From Anaerolineae bacterium (GTDB taxonomy: Bacteria > Chloroflexota > Anaerolineae > S140-20), in contig JALUTT010000147.1 in the NCBI GenBank assembly GCA_027021705.1, positions 1-25,196 of the forward strand: DNA of 25,196 nucleotides. The letters are read 5' to 3'. A model generated the notes under the pieces. It made no database searches, was not told where the DNA came from, and saw only the letters and a list, made by a program, of their open reading frames with translations. Made by a program: the position numbers and the translations under genes. Positions 1 through 9,902 of this stretch are shown one piece after another (the first letter of the stretch is position 1; the number at the start of each line of letters is the position of its first letter).

Positions 1-7
1 ACATTCC

Positions 8-160
8 GGTGATTACCCATATCTTTGGAGATAGGGAGACGAGCCGTCCACGAAGGGGGCACGAATACACGAATGAGGAACCGCCCCATTCGTGCATTCG
101 TGAGAAATTCGTGGACGGCCTACCGCAGCCCATCCCCTCGCCCACTTATGGGTGATCACC
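8..160. mobile_element. Repeat family A copy 1, 153-bp MITE-like element
   Basis: 14-bp terminal inverted repeats GGTGATTACCCATA...TATGGGTGATCACC; internal palindrome of CACGAAT-like x3 / ATTCGTG x3; highly similar copies at 15458-15610 and 22225-22377. Confidence 0.85.
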
Positions 161-172
161 AGTGGGGGTGAC

Positions 173-201
173 TTGCTTAAACCTGCCAACTCTGGTATCA
201 T
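173..201 (+). promoter_or_regulatory. Putative sigma70 promoter for the ubiA-mvk-larE-larC operon
   Basis: TTGCTT(173-178), 17-bp spacer, TATCAT(196-201) with extended TG. Confidence 0.6.
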
Positions 202-267
202 CAAAGCATTGTAGCGTCCTAGGGGGTGAGCGGGTTGTGCACGTCTATGTCGGAAGGAGAGTCGTGG

Positions 268-1200
268 ATGAGCGAAAAGAGCGTTGTTCCCCACACCCAG
301 GTTCCCAGTACATCGTGGACAGGCATCGTCGTCGGCCTTCTGCGCACAATGCGCCCCAAACAGTGGACCAAGAACGGGTTTATCTTCGCGGCCCTGATCT
401 TTGACAAGAAGCTCCTCATGCCGGTTTATCTCAGCCGCACGGTGGCCGGCTTCCTTCTCTTCTGCCTCATTTCCGGGACGGTCTACTTGATCAACGATCT
501 GGTGGACGTGGAGAAGGATCGCCAGCATCCCAAGAAGCGCCTTCGCCCCATCCCCTCGGGACAGCTTCCCGTCGGCGTGGCCCGGGCGGCAGCCCTGATC
601 CTTCCGCTGTTGGTGCTCCCGTTGGGGTTCCTGCTGGATCCCATCTTCGGGGCCATCATCAGCGGCTACCTGATCCTCCAACTGAGCTACTCCTTCTACC
701 TGAAGCATCAGGTGATCCTGGATGTGCTGACCATCGCGGCCGGCTTCGTCCTGCGGGTGGCGGCAGGCGTTCCCCTGGTGGAGGCGGAGCGCTTCTCCCC
801 CTGGCTCTACGTCTGCACGACGCTGCTGGCCCTCTTCCTGGGCTTTAGCAAGCGGCGGGGGGAGCTGATCCTGTTGCGGGAGAACGCCAACAATCACCGG
901 GCCATCCTCCAGGAGTACAGCCTGCCCCTGCTCGACGAGATGATGAGCGTCGTCACCGCTACCACCGTGCTCTCCTATGCCCTCTACACCTTTGATCCCC
1001 ACAATCCGAACCTGCCCGAGAACCATACGATGATGCTGACGATCCCCTTCGTCCTGTACGGCATCTTCCGTTATCTTTACCTGGTCCATCAGAGGGGGGA
1101 GACAGCTCCTCCCGACGAGCTGTTGCTCAAGGATCGCCCCCTCCAGATCACCGTCCTGCTCTGGGGGCTGGCGGTGGCGGCGATCCTGTATCTGGGGTGA
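268..1200 (+). CDS. UbiA-family prenyltransferase, decaprenyl-phosphate phosphoribosyltransferase-like
   Basis: MRPKQWTKN, YLINDLVDVEKDRQHPKKRLRPIPSG, GFVLRV, KRRGEL motifs; many hydrophobic helices; RBS GGAAGGAG before ATG 268. Confidence 0.9.
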   Translation: MSEKSVVPHTQVPSTSWTGIVVGLLRTMRPKQWTKNGFIFAALIFDKKLLMPVYLSRTVAGFLLFCLISGTVYLINDLVDVEKDRQHPKKRLRPIPSGQLPVGVARAAALILPLLVLPLGFLLDPIFGAIISGYLILQLSYSFYLKHQVILDVLTIAAGFVLRVAAGVPLVEAERFSPWLYVCTTLLALFLGFSKRRGELILLRENANNHRAILQEYSLPLLDEMMSVVTATTVLSYALYTFDPHNPNLPENHTMMLTIPFVLYGIFRYLYLVHQRGETAPPDELLLKDRPLQITVLLWGLAVAAILYLG

Positions 1201-1218
1201 GGGGGAGGGGGGAGCGCT

Positions 1219-1304
1219 GAGGCGACAACGGAGGGCGAGGGATGAGGCAACGAGGCGATGAGGGAACGGGAGGACGAGGGACGAGGCGACGAGGTGATAA
1301 GGCA
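1219..1304 (+). repeat. Degenerate 7-8-mer tandem tract
   Basis: Units GAGGCAAC, GAGGCGAT, GAGGGAAC, GAGGGAC, GAGGCGAC, GAGGTGAT in the intergenic gap. Confidence 0.65.
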
Positions 1305-2315
1305 ATGGGGAAAGGTAGCGACGAGGGAAGGGACGAGGCCGGGAGCCCGCCGGAGGCGTGGGTGGGGACGGCCCCGGGAAAGGTGATCCTCTTAGGAGAA
1401 CACGCGGTGGTCTACGGGGAGCCGGCCATCGCGGTGCCCGTGAGCCAGGTCCGGGCCCGGGCGACGCTCACCCTGCTGCCCGCCGGCCGCGGCCTGACGC
1501 TGGAGGCGGCGGACTTGGGGCGGCGCTATCCCCTGGCCCAGGCTCCCGACGACGACCCGCTGGCCCTCATCGTCCGGCTGACCCTGGAGCACTTCCGGGC
1601 ACGGGAGCCGGACGCTCTCCTCACCATCACCTCGTCCATCCCCATCGCTGGAGGGTTGGGCAGCGGGGCCGCCGTCAGCGCAGCCATCGTTCGAGCGCTG
1701 GCCAGCTTCCTGGGTAGAAGGGTGGAGCCTGCCCTGGTGAGCCGGTTGGTCTACGAAGTGGAGAAGCTGCACCACGGCACCCCCAGCGGCATAGACAACA
1801 CCGTCATCGCCTACGAGATGCCCGTCTACTTCGTCCGCCAACCCCAGGGCTCCCCCCGGATCGAGCCCTTCACCGTGGCCCGCCCCTTCCGCCTGCTGAT
1901 CGCCGACAGCGGCATCACCAGCCCGACCCGCGAGGTGGTGGGCGACGTCCGACGAGCCTGGGAGGCAAACCGAGAGCGGTACGATCTCCTTTTCGGGGCC
2001 ATCGGGTGGATGGTCGAGAAGGCCCGCCAGGCCATCGCCCAGGGGGAGCTCGCCGCTCTGGGCCTGCTGATGGGCGGGAACCAGCAGCTGCTGCGGGAGA
2101 TGGGCGTCTCCCACCCCCGCTTGGAGGCGCTGATCCGGGCGGCGAAAGAGGCCGGTGCCCTGGGAGTCAAGCTCTCCGGGGCCGGCCGGGGGGGGAACGT
2201 CGTCGCCCTGGTGGATAAAGAGACGGAAAAAGAGGTAGCCTCCGCGCTGGCGGCCGCCGGCGCGGTCCGGGTGATCGCAACAACAGTGCGCGAAGGACAA
2301 GAGAGGGAGGTGTAG
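1305..2315 (+). CDS. mvk: Mevalonate kinase (GHMP family); start codon uncertain
   Basis: APGKVILLGEHAVVYG, PIAGGLGSGAA, HGTPSGIDN, KLSGAGRGG; GAGGTG RBS 8 nt before ATG 1305. Confidence 0.9.
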   Translation: MGKGSDEGRDEAGSPPEAWVGTAPGKVILLGEHAVVYGEPAIAVPVSQVRARATLTLLPAGRGLTLEAADLGRRYPLAQAPDDDPLALIVRLTLEHFRAREPDALLTITSSIPIAGGLGSGAAVSAAIVRALASFLGRRVEPALVSRLVYEVEKLHHGTPSGIDNTVIAYEMPVYFVRQPQGSPRIEPFTVARPFRLLIADSGITSPTREVVGDVRRAWEANRERYDLLFGAIGWMVEKARQAIAQGELAALGLLMGGNQQLLREMGVSHPRLEALIRAAKEAGALGVKLSGAGRGGNVVALVDKETEKEVASALAAAGAVRVIATTVREGQEREV

Positions 2316-2318
2316 CGC

Positions 2319-3224
2319 GTGGAACGTCAGGTACGCAGCTCTGGGAGAGGTCAGCCGATGGTCATCCCTTTGAAGACGGCCGAGGGAGGGAACGGCCGGG
2401 AGACGACAACCGTGGACTCTGCGGTGCTGGAGAGGAAGCTGGCCCACCTGCGCCAGGTCCTCCGCGATTTGGGGAGCGTGGTCGTCGCTTTCTCCGGCGG
2501 CGTGGATAGCACCTTCCTGCTCCAAGTTGCCCACGAGACGTTGGGGGACAAGGCGGTGGCGGTCACCACCGTCTCGCCCAGCGTCCCCGCTTCGGAGTTG
2601 GAGGAGGCCAAGGAGTTGGCCCGACGGATCGGCAGTCGCCACGTGCTCCTGAGGAGCCATGAGGTGGAGAACGAGCGCTATCGGGAGAACACGCCGATGC
2701 GCTGCTACTTCTGCCGCCAGGAGACTTACAGCTTGATGACGGCGTTCGCCCGACGAGAAGGGTACGCGGCTGTGGTGGATGGAGCCATCGCCGACGATGC
2801 CGATGATTACCGACCGGGGCGCCAGGCGGCTCGGGAGAAAGGGGTGCGCAGCCCCCTTCTGGAAGTAGGGTTGACCAAGGTAGAGATACGGGCCCTCTCC
2901 CGCCAGATGGGCTTGCCCACGTGGGATAAGCCTTCAATGGCCTGTCTCTCCTCCCGGATCGCCTACGGGATCCCGGTCACCGAAACGCTGCTCTCCCGCA
3001 TCGAGCAGGCGGAGCAGTTCCTGCGGCGGCTGGGGCTTCGCCAGTTGCGGGTGCGCCACCACGGCCCCATCGCCCGTATCGAGGTGGAGCCCGATGATTT
3101 CCCTGTGCTCCTGGTTCACCGGGAGGAGATCGTTGCCCGGCTGGAGGCCCTGGGCTACACCTATGTCACGATGGACTTGGCCGGCTTCCGCTCCGGCAGC
3201 ATGAACGAGGCGGGGCAGACCTGA
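2319..3224 (+). CDS. larE: ATP-dependent sulfur transferase LarE; alternative start ATG 2358
   Basis: PP-loop SGGVDS, RCYFC, DYRPG, WDKPSMACLSSRI, LRVRHHG, GFRSGSMN. Confidence 0.92.
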   Translation: MERQVRSSGRGQPMVIPLKTAEGGNGRETTTVDSAVLERKLAHLRQVLRDLGSVVVAFSGGVDSTFLLQVAHETLGDKAVAVTTVSPSVPASELEEAKELARRIGSRHVLLRSHEVENERYRENTPMRCYFCRQETYSLMTAFARREGYAAVVDGAIADDADDYRPGRQAAREKGVRSPLLEVGLTKVEIRALSRQMGLPTWDKPSMACLSSRIAYGIPVTETLLSRIEQAEQFLRRLGLRQLRVRHHGPIARIEVEPDDFPVLLVHREEIVARLEALGYTYVTMDLAGFRSGSMNEAGQT

Positions 3225-3226
3225 CG

Positions 3227-4417
3227 ATGACACAAATCGCCTACTTCGACTGCCCCAGCGGGGTCAGCGGCGATATGATCTTAGGGGCCCTCATAGACGC
3301 TGGGCTGGAGGGGGAACGCTTGCGGGAGGCCCTGGCCGGCCTGCCCATCTCCGGCTATGAGCTCCGTTGGGAGCGCGTGCGCAAGGGACCTCTGGCCGCC
3401 ACCCAGGTCACCGTCACCGTCACCCAACGGCAGCCGGAGCGTCACCTGGCCGAGATTGAAGCGGTACTGGAGGCCGCTGACCTCCCCGATCCGGTGCGGG
3501 CGGGAGCCCTGGCCATCTTCCGGCGGCTGGCCCGGGTGGAGGCCGGCCTCCACGGCACCGATCCCGAGGAGGTCCACTTCCACGAGCTGGGGGGGGTGGA
3601 CACGATGGTGGATGTGGTCGGGGCGTTGTGGGGGCTGCACCACCTGGGGATCACGATGGTCTACGCCTCGCCGCTGCCGGCCGCCCGGGGCTGGATCACC
3701 AGCCAGCACGGTCCGCTGCCCCTGCCGGCGCCTGCCACTTTGGCCCTCCTGCAGGGGGTGCCCCTGGTCCCTGCCCCCGTGGAGGGCGTGGAGTTGGTCA
3801 CCCCCACAGGCGCTGTGCTGCTCACCCACGTGGCGGCCGCCTTTGGCCCGCCGCCCCCGATGACGCTCCAGCGGGTGGGGTACGGAGCCGGACAGAAGCG
3901 GTTGATCGTCCCCAACGTCCTGCGCCTCTGGCTGGGCGAGACGTCACCCGCCGTCCACGGCACCGGCAGCCCTGCACCTCTGCGGGAGCCCCTCGTTCTG
4001 CTGGAGACCAACATTGACGATATGGACCCCCAGCTCTACGAGCACGTCGCCGACCGCCTCTTCGCCGCCGGAGCCCTGGACGTCTACCTGACCCCCGTCC
4101 AGATGAAGAAGCACCGTCCCGGTGTCCTGCTCTCCGTGCTGACCCGTCCCGAGCAGGCCGATTCCCTCATCGGTCTGCTCTTCGCCGAGACGACAACGCT
4201 AGGGGTGCGCCGCCTGCTGGTGGACCGTTACGCCCTGGCACGCACCTTTGAGACCGTCGAGACGCCCTACGGACCGGTGAAGGTCAAGGTTGCCACGTTG
4301 CCCGATGGGAGCCGGCGGGCGAAACCGGAGTACGAGGCGTGCCGCCGGCTGGCCGAGGCGGCCAAGGTGCCCTTGCAACGGGTCATCGCCGAGGCCCAGA
4401 AGGCGGTGGAGCTGTAG
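3227..4417 (+). CDS. larC: Nickel pincer cofactor nickel insertase LarC
   Basis: YFDCPSGVSGDMILGAL, VHFHELG, HGPLPLPAPAT, ELVTPTGA, ETNIDDM, MKKHRPG, KPEYE. Confidence 0.93.
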   Translation: MTQIAYFDCPSGVSGDMILGALIDAGLEGERLREALAGLPISGYELRWERVRKGPLAATQVTVTVTQRQPERHLAEIEAVLEAADLPDPVRAGALAIFRRLARVEAGLHGTDPEEVHFHELGGVDTMVDVVGALWGLHHLGITMVYASPLPAARGWITSQHGPLPLPAPATLALLQGVPLVPAPVEGVELVTPTGAVLLTHVAAAFGPPPPMTLQRVGYGAGQKRLIVPNVLRLWLGETSPAVHGTGSPAPLREPLVLLETNIDDMDPQLYEHVADRLFAAGALDVYLTPVQMKKHRPGVLLSVLTRPEQADSLIGLLFAETTTLGVRRLLVDRYALARTFETVETPYGPVKVKVATLPDGSRRAKPEYEACRRLAEAAKVPLQRVIAEAQKAVEL

Positions 4418-4437
4418 AGGTGGGGAGAGGGAGTTGC

Positions 4438-4461
4438 AGGCCGGACCCGAAGGTCCGGCCT
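4438..4461. terminator. Hairpin between convergent larC and trpB2, probable terminator
   Basis: AGGCCGGACC-CGAA-GGTCCGGCCT perfect 10-bp stem; U tract weak. Confidence 0.6.
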
Positions 4462-4488
4462 CTTGGTCGTTACAGTCCTTCGGAGGGG

Positions 4489-5862
4489 TCACGAAGCCGG
4501 CGCGTTCACCCGGGGCAGGTGCTGGATCGCCTCCGCCACCGCTTCGGACGGGTAGGCGTAGTCCTCCAGATGGCCGGCCAGGTACTCATCGTAGGCCGAC
4601 AGGTCGAAATGGCCGTGGCCGCTCAGGTTGAAGAGGATCACCCGCTCCTCGCCGGTCTCCTTGGCCTCCAGGGCCTGGTCTATGGCCGCTCGCACGGCGT
4701 GGGCCGACTCCGGCGCAGGGATGATCCCCTCCGCCCGGGTGAAGGTGACGGCCGCTTCGAAGACGGGGTTTTGGTGGTAGGCCACGGCTTCGATGATGCC
4801 GGCCTCGTGCAGGGCTGAGACGGTGGGGGCCATCCCGTGGTAGCGCAGCCCGCCGGCGTGGATGCCCGGCGGCGTGAAGGTGTGCCCCAGTGTGTACATC
4901 TTCACCAGGGGTGTCATCCCCACCGTGTCCCCCAGGTCGTAGGCGTAGACCCCCCGGGTCATGCTGGGGCAGGCCTCCGGCTCCACGGCCAGGAAGCGGG
5001 TCTCCCGGCCGTTCTTCAGCCGTTCCCGGATGAAGGGGAAGGCGAGGCCGGCGAAGTTGCTCCCCCCTCCGGCGCAGCCGATCACCACGTCGGGGTAGTC
5101 CTCGGCCAGGGCGAACTGCTTCAGCGCCTCCTCCCCGATGATCGTCTGGTGCATCAGGACGTGGTTGAGAACGCTGCCCAGGGAGTACTTGGTCTCGGGG
5201 TCGGTGACGGCGGCCTCCACCGCCTCACTGATGGCGATGCCCAAGCTGCCCGGCGAATCGGGGTTCTCGGCCAGTACTTTGCGACCCGCTTCCGTCTCCT
5301 CCGAGGGGCTGGGCGTGACGCGGGCGCCAAAGCTCTCCATCAGGATGCGCCGGTAGGGCTTCTGGTGGTAGCTCACCTTCACCATGAAGACCTGGACTTC
5401 GATGTCGAAGAAGGCACCGGCCATCGCCAGGGCGCTTCCCCACTGACCGGCCCCCGTCTCCGTCGTCAGCCGGCGCACTCCCTCCTGCTGGTTGTAGTAG
5501 GCTTGGGCAACGGCGGTGTTGGGCTTGTGGCTGCCCACCGGGCTGACCCCTTCGTACTTGTAGTAGATGCGGGCCGGCGTTCCCAGCGCCTTCTCCAACC
5601 GTCGGGCCCGGATGAGGGGCGTGGGCCGCCAGAGCCGATAGACCTCCCGCACCGGCTCCGGGATCTCCACGTAGGACTCCGGGGTCACCTCCTGCATAAT
5701 GAGGGCCATCGGGAAGAGGGGGGCCAAGTCGTCCGGCCCGACGGGCTGGCCGGTGGCCGGATGCAGCACCGGCGGCAACGGGACCGGCATGTCCGGCACG
5801 ATGTTGTACCAGGCTGTGGGCATGTCCTTCTCATCGAGCAGAAAACGGGTGTTGTGGTTCAT
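4489..5862 (-). CDS. trpB2: TrpB2, tryptophan synthase beta-like PLP enzyme
   Basis: [18 protein letters not shown] (PLP lysine), [43 protein letters not shown] before MNHN. Confidence 0.93.
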   Translation of the reverse strand: MNHNTRFLLDEKDMPTAWYNIVPDMPVPLPPVLHPATGQPVGPDDLAPLFPMALIMQEVTPESYVEIPEPVREVYRLWRPTPLIRARRLEKALGTPARIYYKYEGVSPVGSHKPNTAVAQAYYNQQEGVRRLTTETGAGQWGSALAMAGAFFDIEVQVFMVKVSYHQKPYRRILMESFGARVTPSPSEETEAGRKVLAENPDSPGSLGIAISEAVEAAVTDPETKYSLGSVLNHVLMHQTIIGEEALKQFALAEDYPDVVIGCAGGGSNFAGLAFPFIRERLKNGRETRFLAVEPEACPSMTRGVYAYDLGDTVGMTPLVKMYTLGHTFTPPGIHAGGLRYHGMAPTVSALHEAGIIEAVAYHQNPVFEAAVTFTRAEGIIPAPESAHAVRAAIDQALEAKETGEERVILFNLSGHGHFDLSAYDEYLAGHLEDYAYPSEAVAEAIQHLPRVNAPAS

Positions 5863-5905
5863 CGTTTCCTCCTTCCTCTTGGTCTTTATGGTCAATGGGG
5901 CAGGT

Positions 5906-6165
5906 AGTCCTCGGTCCTCGCCCCTTGCCTCTTGCCCCTTGCCCCTTGCCTCTTGCCCCTTGGCCCGTTGGTCGAGTGGTCAGGTGGTCGCGTGGTCGGC
6001 GGTCGGTTACGCCGTCCTCAGCCCTCGGTGCCTCGGCCCTCAGTGCCCCCCTTGCTCGGCGGTCGGCGGTCGGCTACGCCGTCCTCAGTCCTCAGTCCTC
6101 GGTCCTCAGTCCTCAGTCTTCGGCCCTCGGTGCCTCGGCCCTTAGCCCTCGGTGCCTCCCTTAGC
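5906..6165. repeat. Mosaic of short tandem repeats between trpS and trpB2
   Basis: About 6 x CC(C/T)CTTG, about 4 x TGGTCG-like 8-mers, runs of GTCCTCA/GTCCTCG/GCCCTCG, duplicated GGCGGTCGG(T/C)TACGCCGTCCTCAG. Confidence 0.85.
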
Positions 6166-6176
6166 CGCCCATCGGC

Positions 6177-7238
6177 TCACGCCGGCACCACCTTCGGCGG
6201 TGTGGCCTCCTGAACCCGCCGGCGAATCTGAATCCCGTACATCCCCATCGCCTCATAGACCAGGGCCATCGTCTCCCGGGCTTCTTCCTGCATTCGTCGC
6301 GTGCCCTCGACCAGGATCTCCTCGACCAGGCCGGGTTGGGCCGCGTACCGGGCGCGACGCTCCCGGATCGGGTCCAGGAAGTTGTTCAGCGCCCGGGCCA
6401 GCTTCTTCTTCACCTCCACGTCCCCCACCCGGCCCTTCCGATACCGCTCCTTCAGGTCGTTCACCTCGTCCACATCGGGGTTGAAGATGTCGTGGTAGAT
6501 GAAGACGGGGTTCCCCTCCACGGTGCCGGGGATGTCGGCCCGGATGCGCTTAGGGTCCGTGTACATCCGCCGCACCTTCTCGTTGACCGTCTGGGGATCG
6601 TCGGAGAGGAAGATGGCGTTGTTCAGCGACTTGCTCATCTTGGCCTTGCCGTCAATCCCCACCAGCGTGGGTACCTCGCCGATGAGGGCCCTGGGGATGG
6701 GGAAGACCTCCCCGTAGAGCCGGTTGAAGCGGCGGGCGATCTCCCGCGTCACCTCCACGTGGGCCTCGTTGTCCTTGCCCACGGGGACCAGGTGGGCGCG
6801 GGGGAGGAGGATGTCGGCGGCCTGGAGCACCGGGTAGCCGATCAGCCCGAAGGGGACCGCCTCCTCGTCTATCTGGGCGGCGCGGGCCATCTCCTTGATG
6901 CTGGGCAGTCGGGCCACCCGGGGCAGGGTGACCAGCATCTCGAAGATCAGGTTGAGTTCGTAGGTCTCCGGGATGGCCGACTGGACGAAGATGGTGCTGC
7001 GCTCCGGGTCAATCCCCACGGCCAGGTAGTCCAGTACCATCTCGTGGATGTTCTGCCGGAGCTCTTCGATGTGAGCCTTATCCGGTCGGGTGGTCAGGGT
7101 GTGCAGGTCGGCGATGATGAAGAAGCACTCGTACTGGTCCTGGAGGGCGACCCGGTTCTTCAGACTGCCCACGTAATGGCCCAGGTGCAGCTTGCCCGTG
7201 GGCCGATCTCCTGTGAGGATGCGTTGGGTCGTCGTCAT
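6177..7238 (-). CDS. trpS: Tryptophanyl-tRNA synthetase
   Basis: [44 protein letters not shown]. Confidence 0.97.
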   Translation of the reverse strand: MTTTQRILTGDRPTGKLHLGHYVGSLKNRVALQDQYECFFIIADLHTLTTRPDKAHIEELRQNIHEMVLDYLAVGIDPERSTIFVQSAIPETYELNLIFEMLVTLPRVARLPSIKEMARAAQIDEEAVPFGLIGYPVLQAADILLPRAHLVPVGKDNEAHVEVTREIARRFNRLYGEVFPIPRALIGEVPTLVGIDGKAKMSKSLNNAIFLSDDPQTVNEKVRRMYTDPKRIRADIPGTVEGNPVFIYHDIFNPDVDEVNDLKERYRKGRVGDVEVKKKLARALNNFLDPIRERRARYAAQPGLVEEILVEGTRRMQEEARETMALVYEAMGMYGIQIRRRVQEATPPKVVPA

Positions 7239-7270
7239 CTCTCACCTCCGTTCCGTGATGGACATAGCTG

Positions 7271-7310
7271 GTAACTGTTCACCCTCCCGCAGGTTGGGAG
7301 GCGGGTAAAC
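7271..7310. repeat. Stub of repeat family B forming an imperfect hairpin
   Basis: GTAACTGTTCACCCTCCCGCAGGTT (7271-7295) matches 7730-7754 with one mismatch. Confidence 0.8.
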
Positions 7311-7672
7311 AAAAACGCCCATCCCCGAGGGGACGGGCGCTCTCGCGCTCGCGGTGCCACCCCACTTAGGCGGCTCGGAGGACAAAAAAACCGCCGGTGA
7401 CGGCGGAGGAAAGTGAGCCAGCCTCACTCGTTCGCAGGTACAGGAGGCAGAGGATGCCTCCGATACCCTCAGCCCTGATAACGGTGGCGGCTCCGGCCCG
7501 GACTACTCAGGCGGGGGTGTTTCTCATCAACGTTCTCCCTCAAAGTTCCCCCACCCTTTCGGCGGGCGACTCCCAGGTCCATTCAGCGCCGGCGCTGGTA
7601 TCGGGCTTCCAGCCTCAGACCCGACTCTCTGTCACCCCGCTTCGACGCCTACTCTTCCTGATCATCGTCTTT
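7307..7672 (-). promoter_or_regulatory. Trp T-box riboswitch, transcriptional
   Basis: Minus strand: GATGATCAGGAAGAGTAG, CAGAGAG, GCTGGAA, specifier GAA-TGG-A (7581-7579), GAGTAG/CCGTTA stem II region, T-box GGGGTGGCACCGCG, terminator stem 7316-7339 plus U tract. UGGC bulge fits tRNA-Trp G73. Confidence 0.93.
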
Positions 7673-7729
7673 GGGCGTATGCGGTTTTTCGCGTCTTGCC
7701 CGGCGATTTCCTGCCCAGGATGTTCCAAG

Positions 7730-7851
7730 GTAACCGTTCACCCTCCCGCAGGTTAGGCGCGTTTCCGACGTGAAACCATGCTTCAAATAGCCCATTGGGG
7801 CTGAAAGCGCCCTCGACCGGTGACCTGCGGGAGGGTAGACTGAATAGATGC
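7730..7851. mobile_element. Repeat family B copy 1, 122-bp MITE-like element
   Basis: Internal inverted repeat ACCCTCCCGCAGGT...ACCTGCGGGAGGGT, degenerate termini GTAACCGTTCA / TGAATAGATGC; reverse-complement copy at 20205-20317. Confidence 0.8.
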
Positions 7852-7857
7852 ATCCCA

Positions 7858-7882
7858 AGTATACCACGGGAGCGGAAAGCTG

Positions 7883-7886
<4 letters not shown>
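7858..7886 (-). promoter_or_regulatory. Sigma70 promoter for the T-box-trpS leader
   Basis: TTGACA(7886-7881), 17 bp, TATACT(7863-7858) with extended TG; -35 overlaps the murE stop codon. Confidence 0.85.
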
Positions 7887-9448
<1,562 letters not shown>

Positions 9449-9488
9449 CGGGCCTCGTGGGATCAGGGTTTGCCTCTTCAGCGCCCGG

Positions 9489-9518
9489 ATTATACCACGG
9501 GGGCCGGACCGACGTCAA
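9489..9518 (-). promoter_or_regulatory. Sigma70 promoter for murE
   Basis: TTGACG(9518-9513), 18 bp, TATAAT(9494-9489) with extended TG. Confidence 0.75.
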
Positions 9519-9584
9519 CGGAGGGCGAACCCGGAACGGCCCCGCTTTCTTACCAATTTCTAACCACTTTTTCAGGAAGAGTGA

Positions 9585-9593
9585 TGCTATAAT
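9585..9593 (+). promoter_or_regulatory. Extended -10 promoter for the large secreted protein
   Basis: TGCTATAAT after an AT-rich stretch; no clear -35. Confidence 0.55.
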
Positions 9594-9902
9594 GGGCAGG
9601 GCTTGCCCGATCCCTCTGCTTGCCGGGACGCTTCTGCACAGGCGCAGTGATCACTCTTCCCTGTCTCCATTCCCGCCCAGGGCGAGACGTGGTGGCTCTC
9701 CCTAGCTCTTACTGGAGGCGGGCTATGGTTGCCCTTCCTTCCTCTTCCCGTCTGCCTCCTTCGCCCTACTTCTTCCTGCTCGAAAGCTATGGGCTTTGCC
9801 GTTCATCGGGGATCAGGACCTGGATTCGGTGAACAGGCCCGTGGATCTGAAGGCTATGGTCTCCCCACCTCCGCATCTGAAACTGTTGAAGGAGGATTTG
9901 GA

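Noticed and set aside
7649..7867. Peptide YPPAGHRSRALSAPMGYLKHGF seen twice in the ORF track
   Set aside because: It comes from the two DNA copies of repeat B, not from a protein family
9600..9902. Riboswitch in the ~300-nt leader (GCTATGG occurs three times)
   Set aside because: No recognisable aptamer consensus or terminator; an Rfam search would be needed
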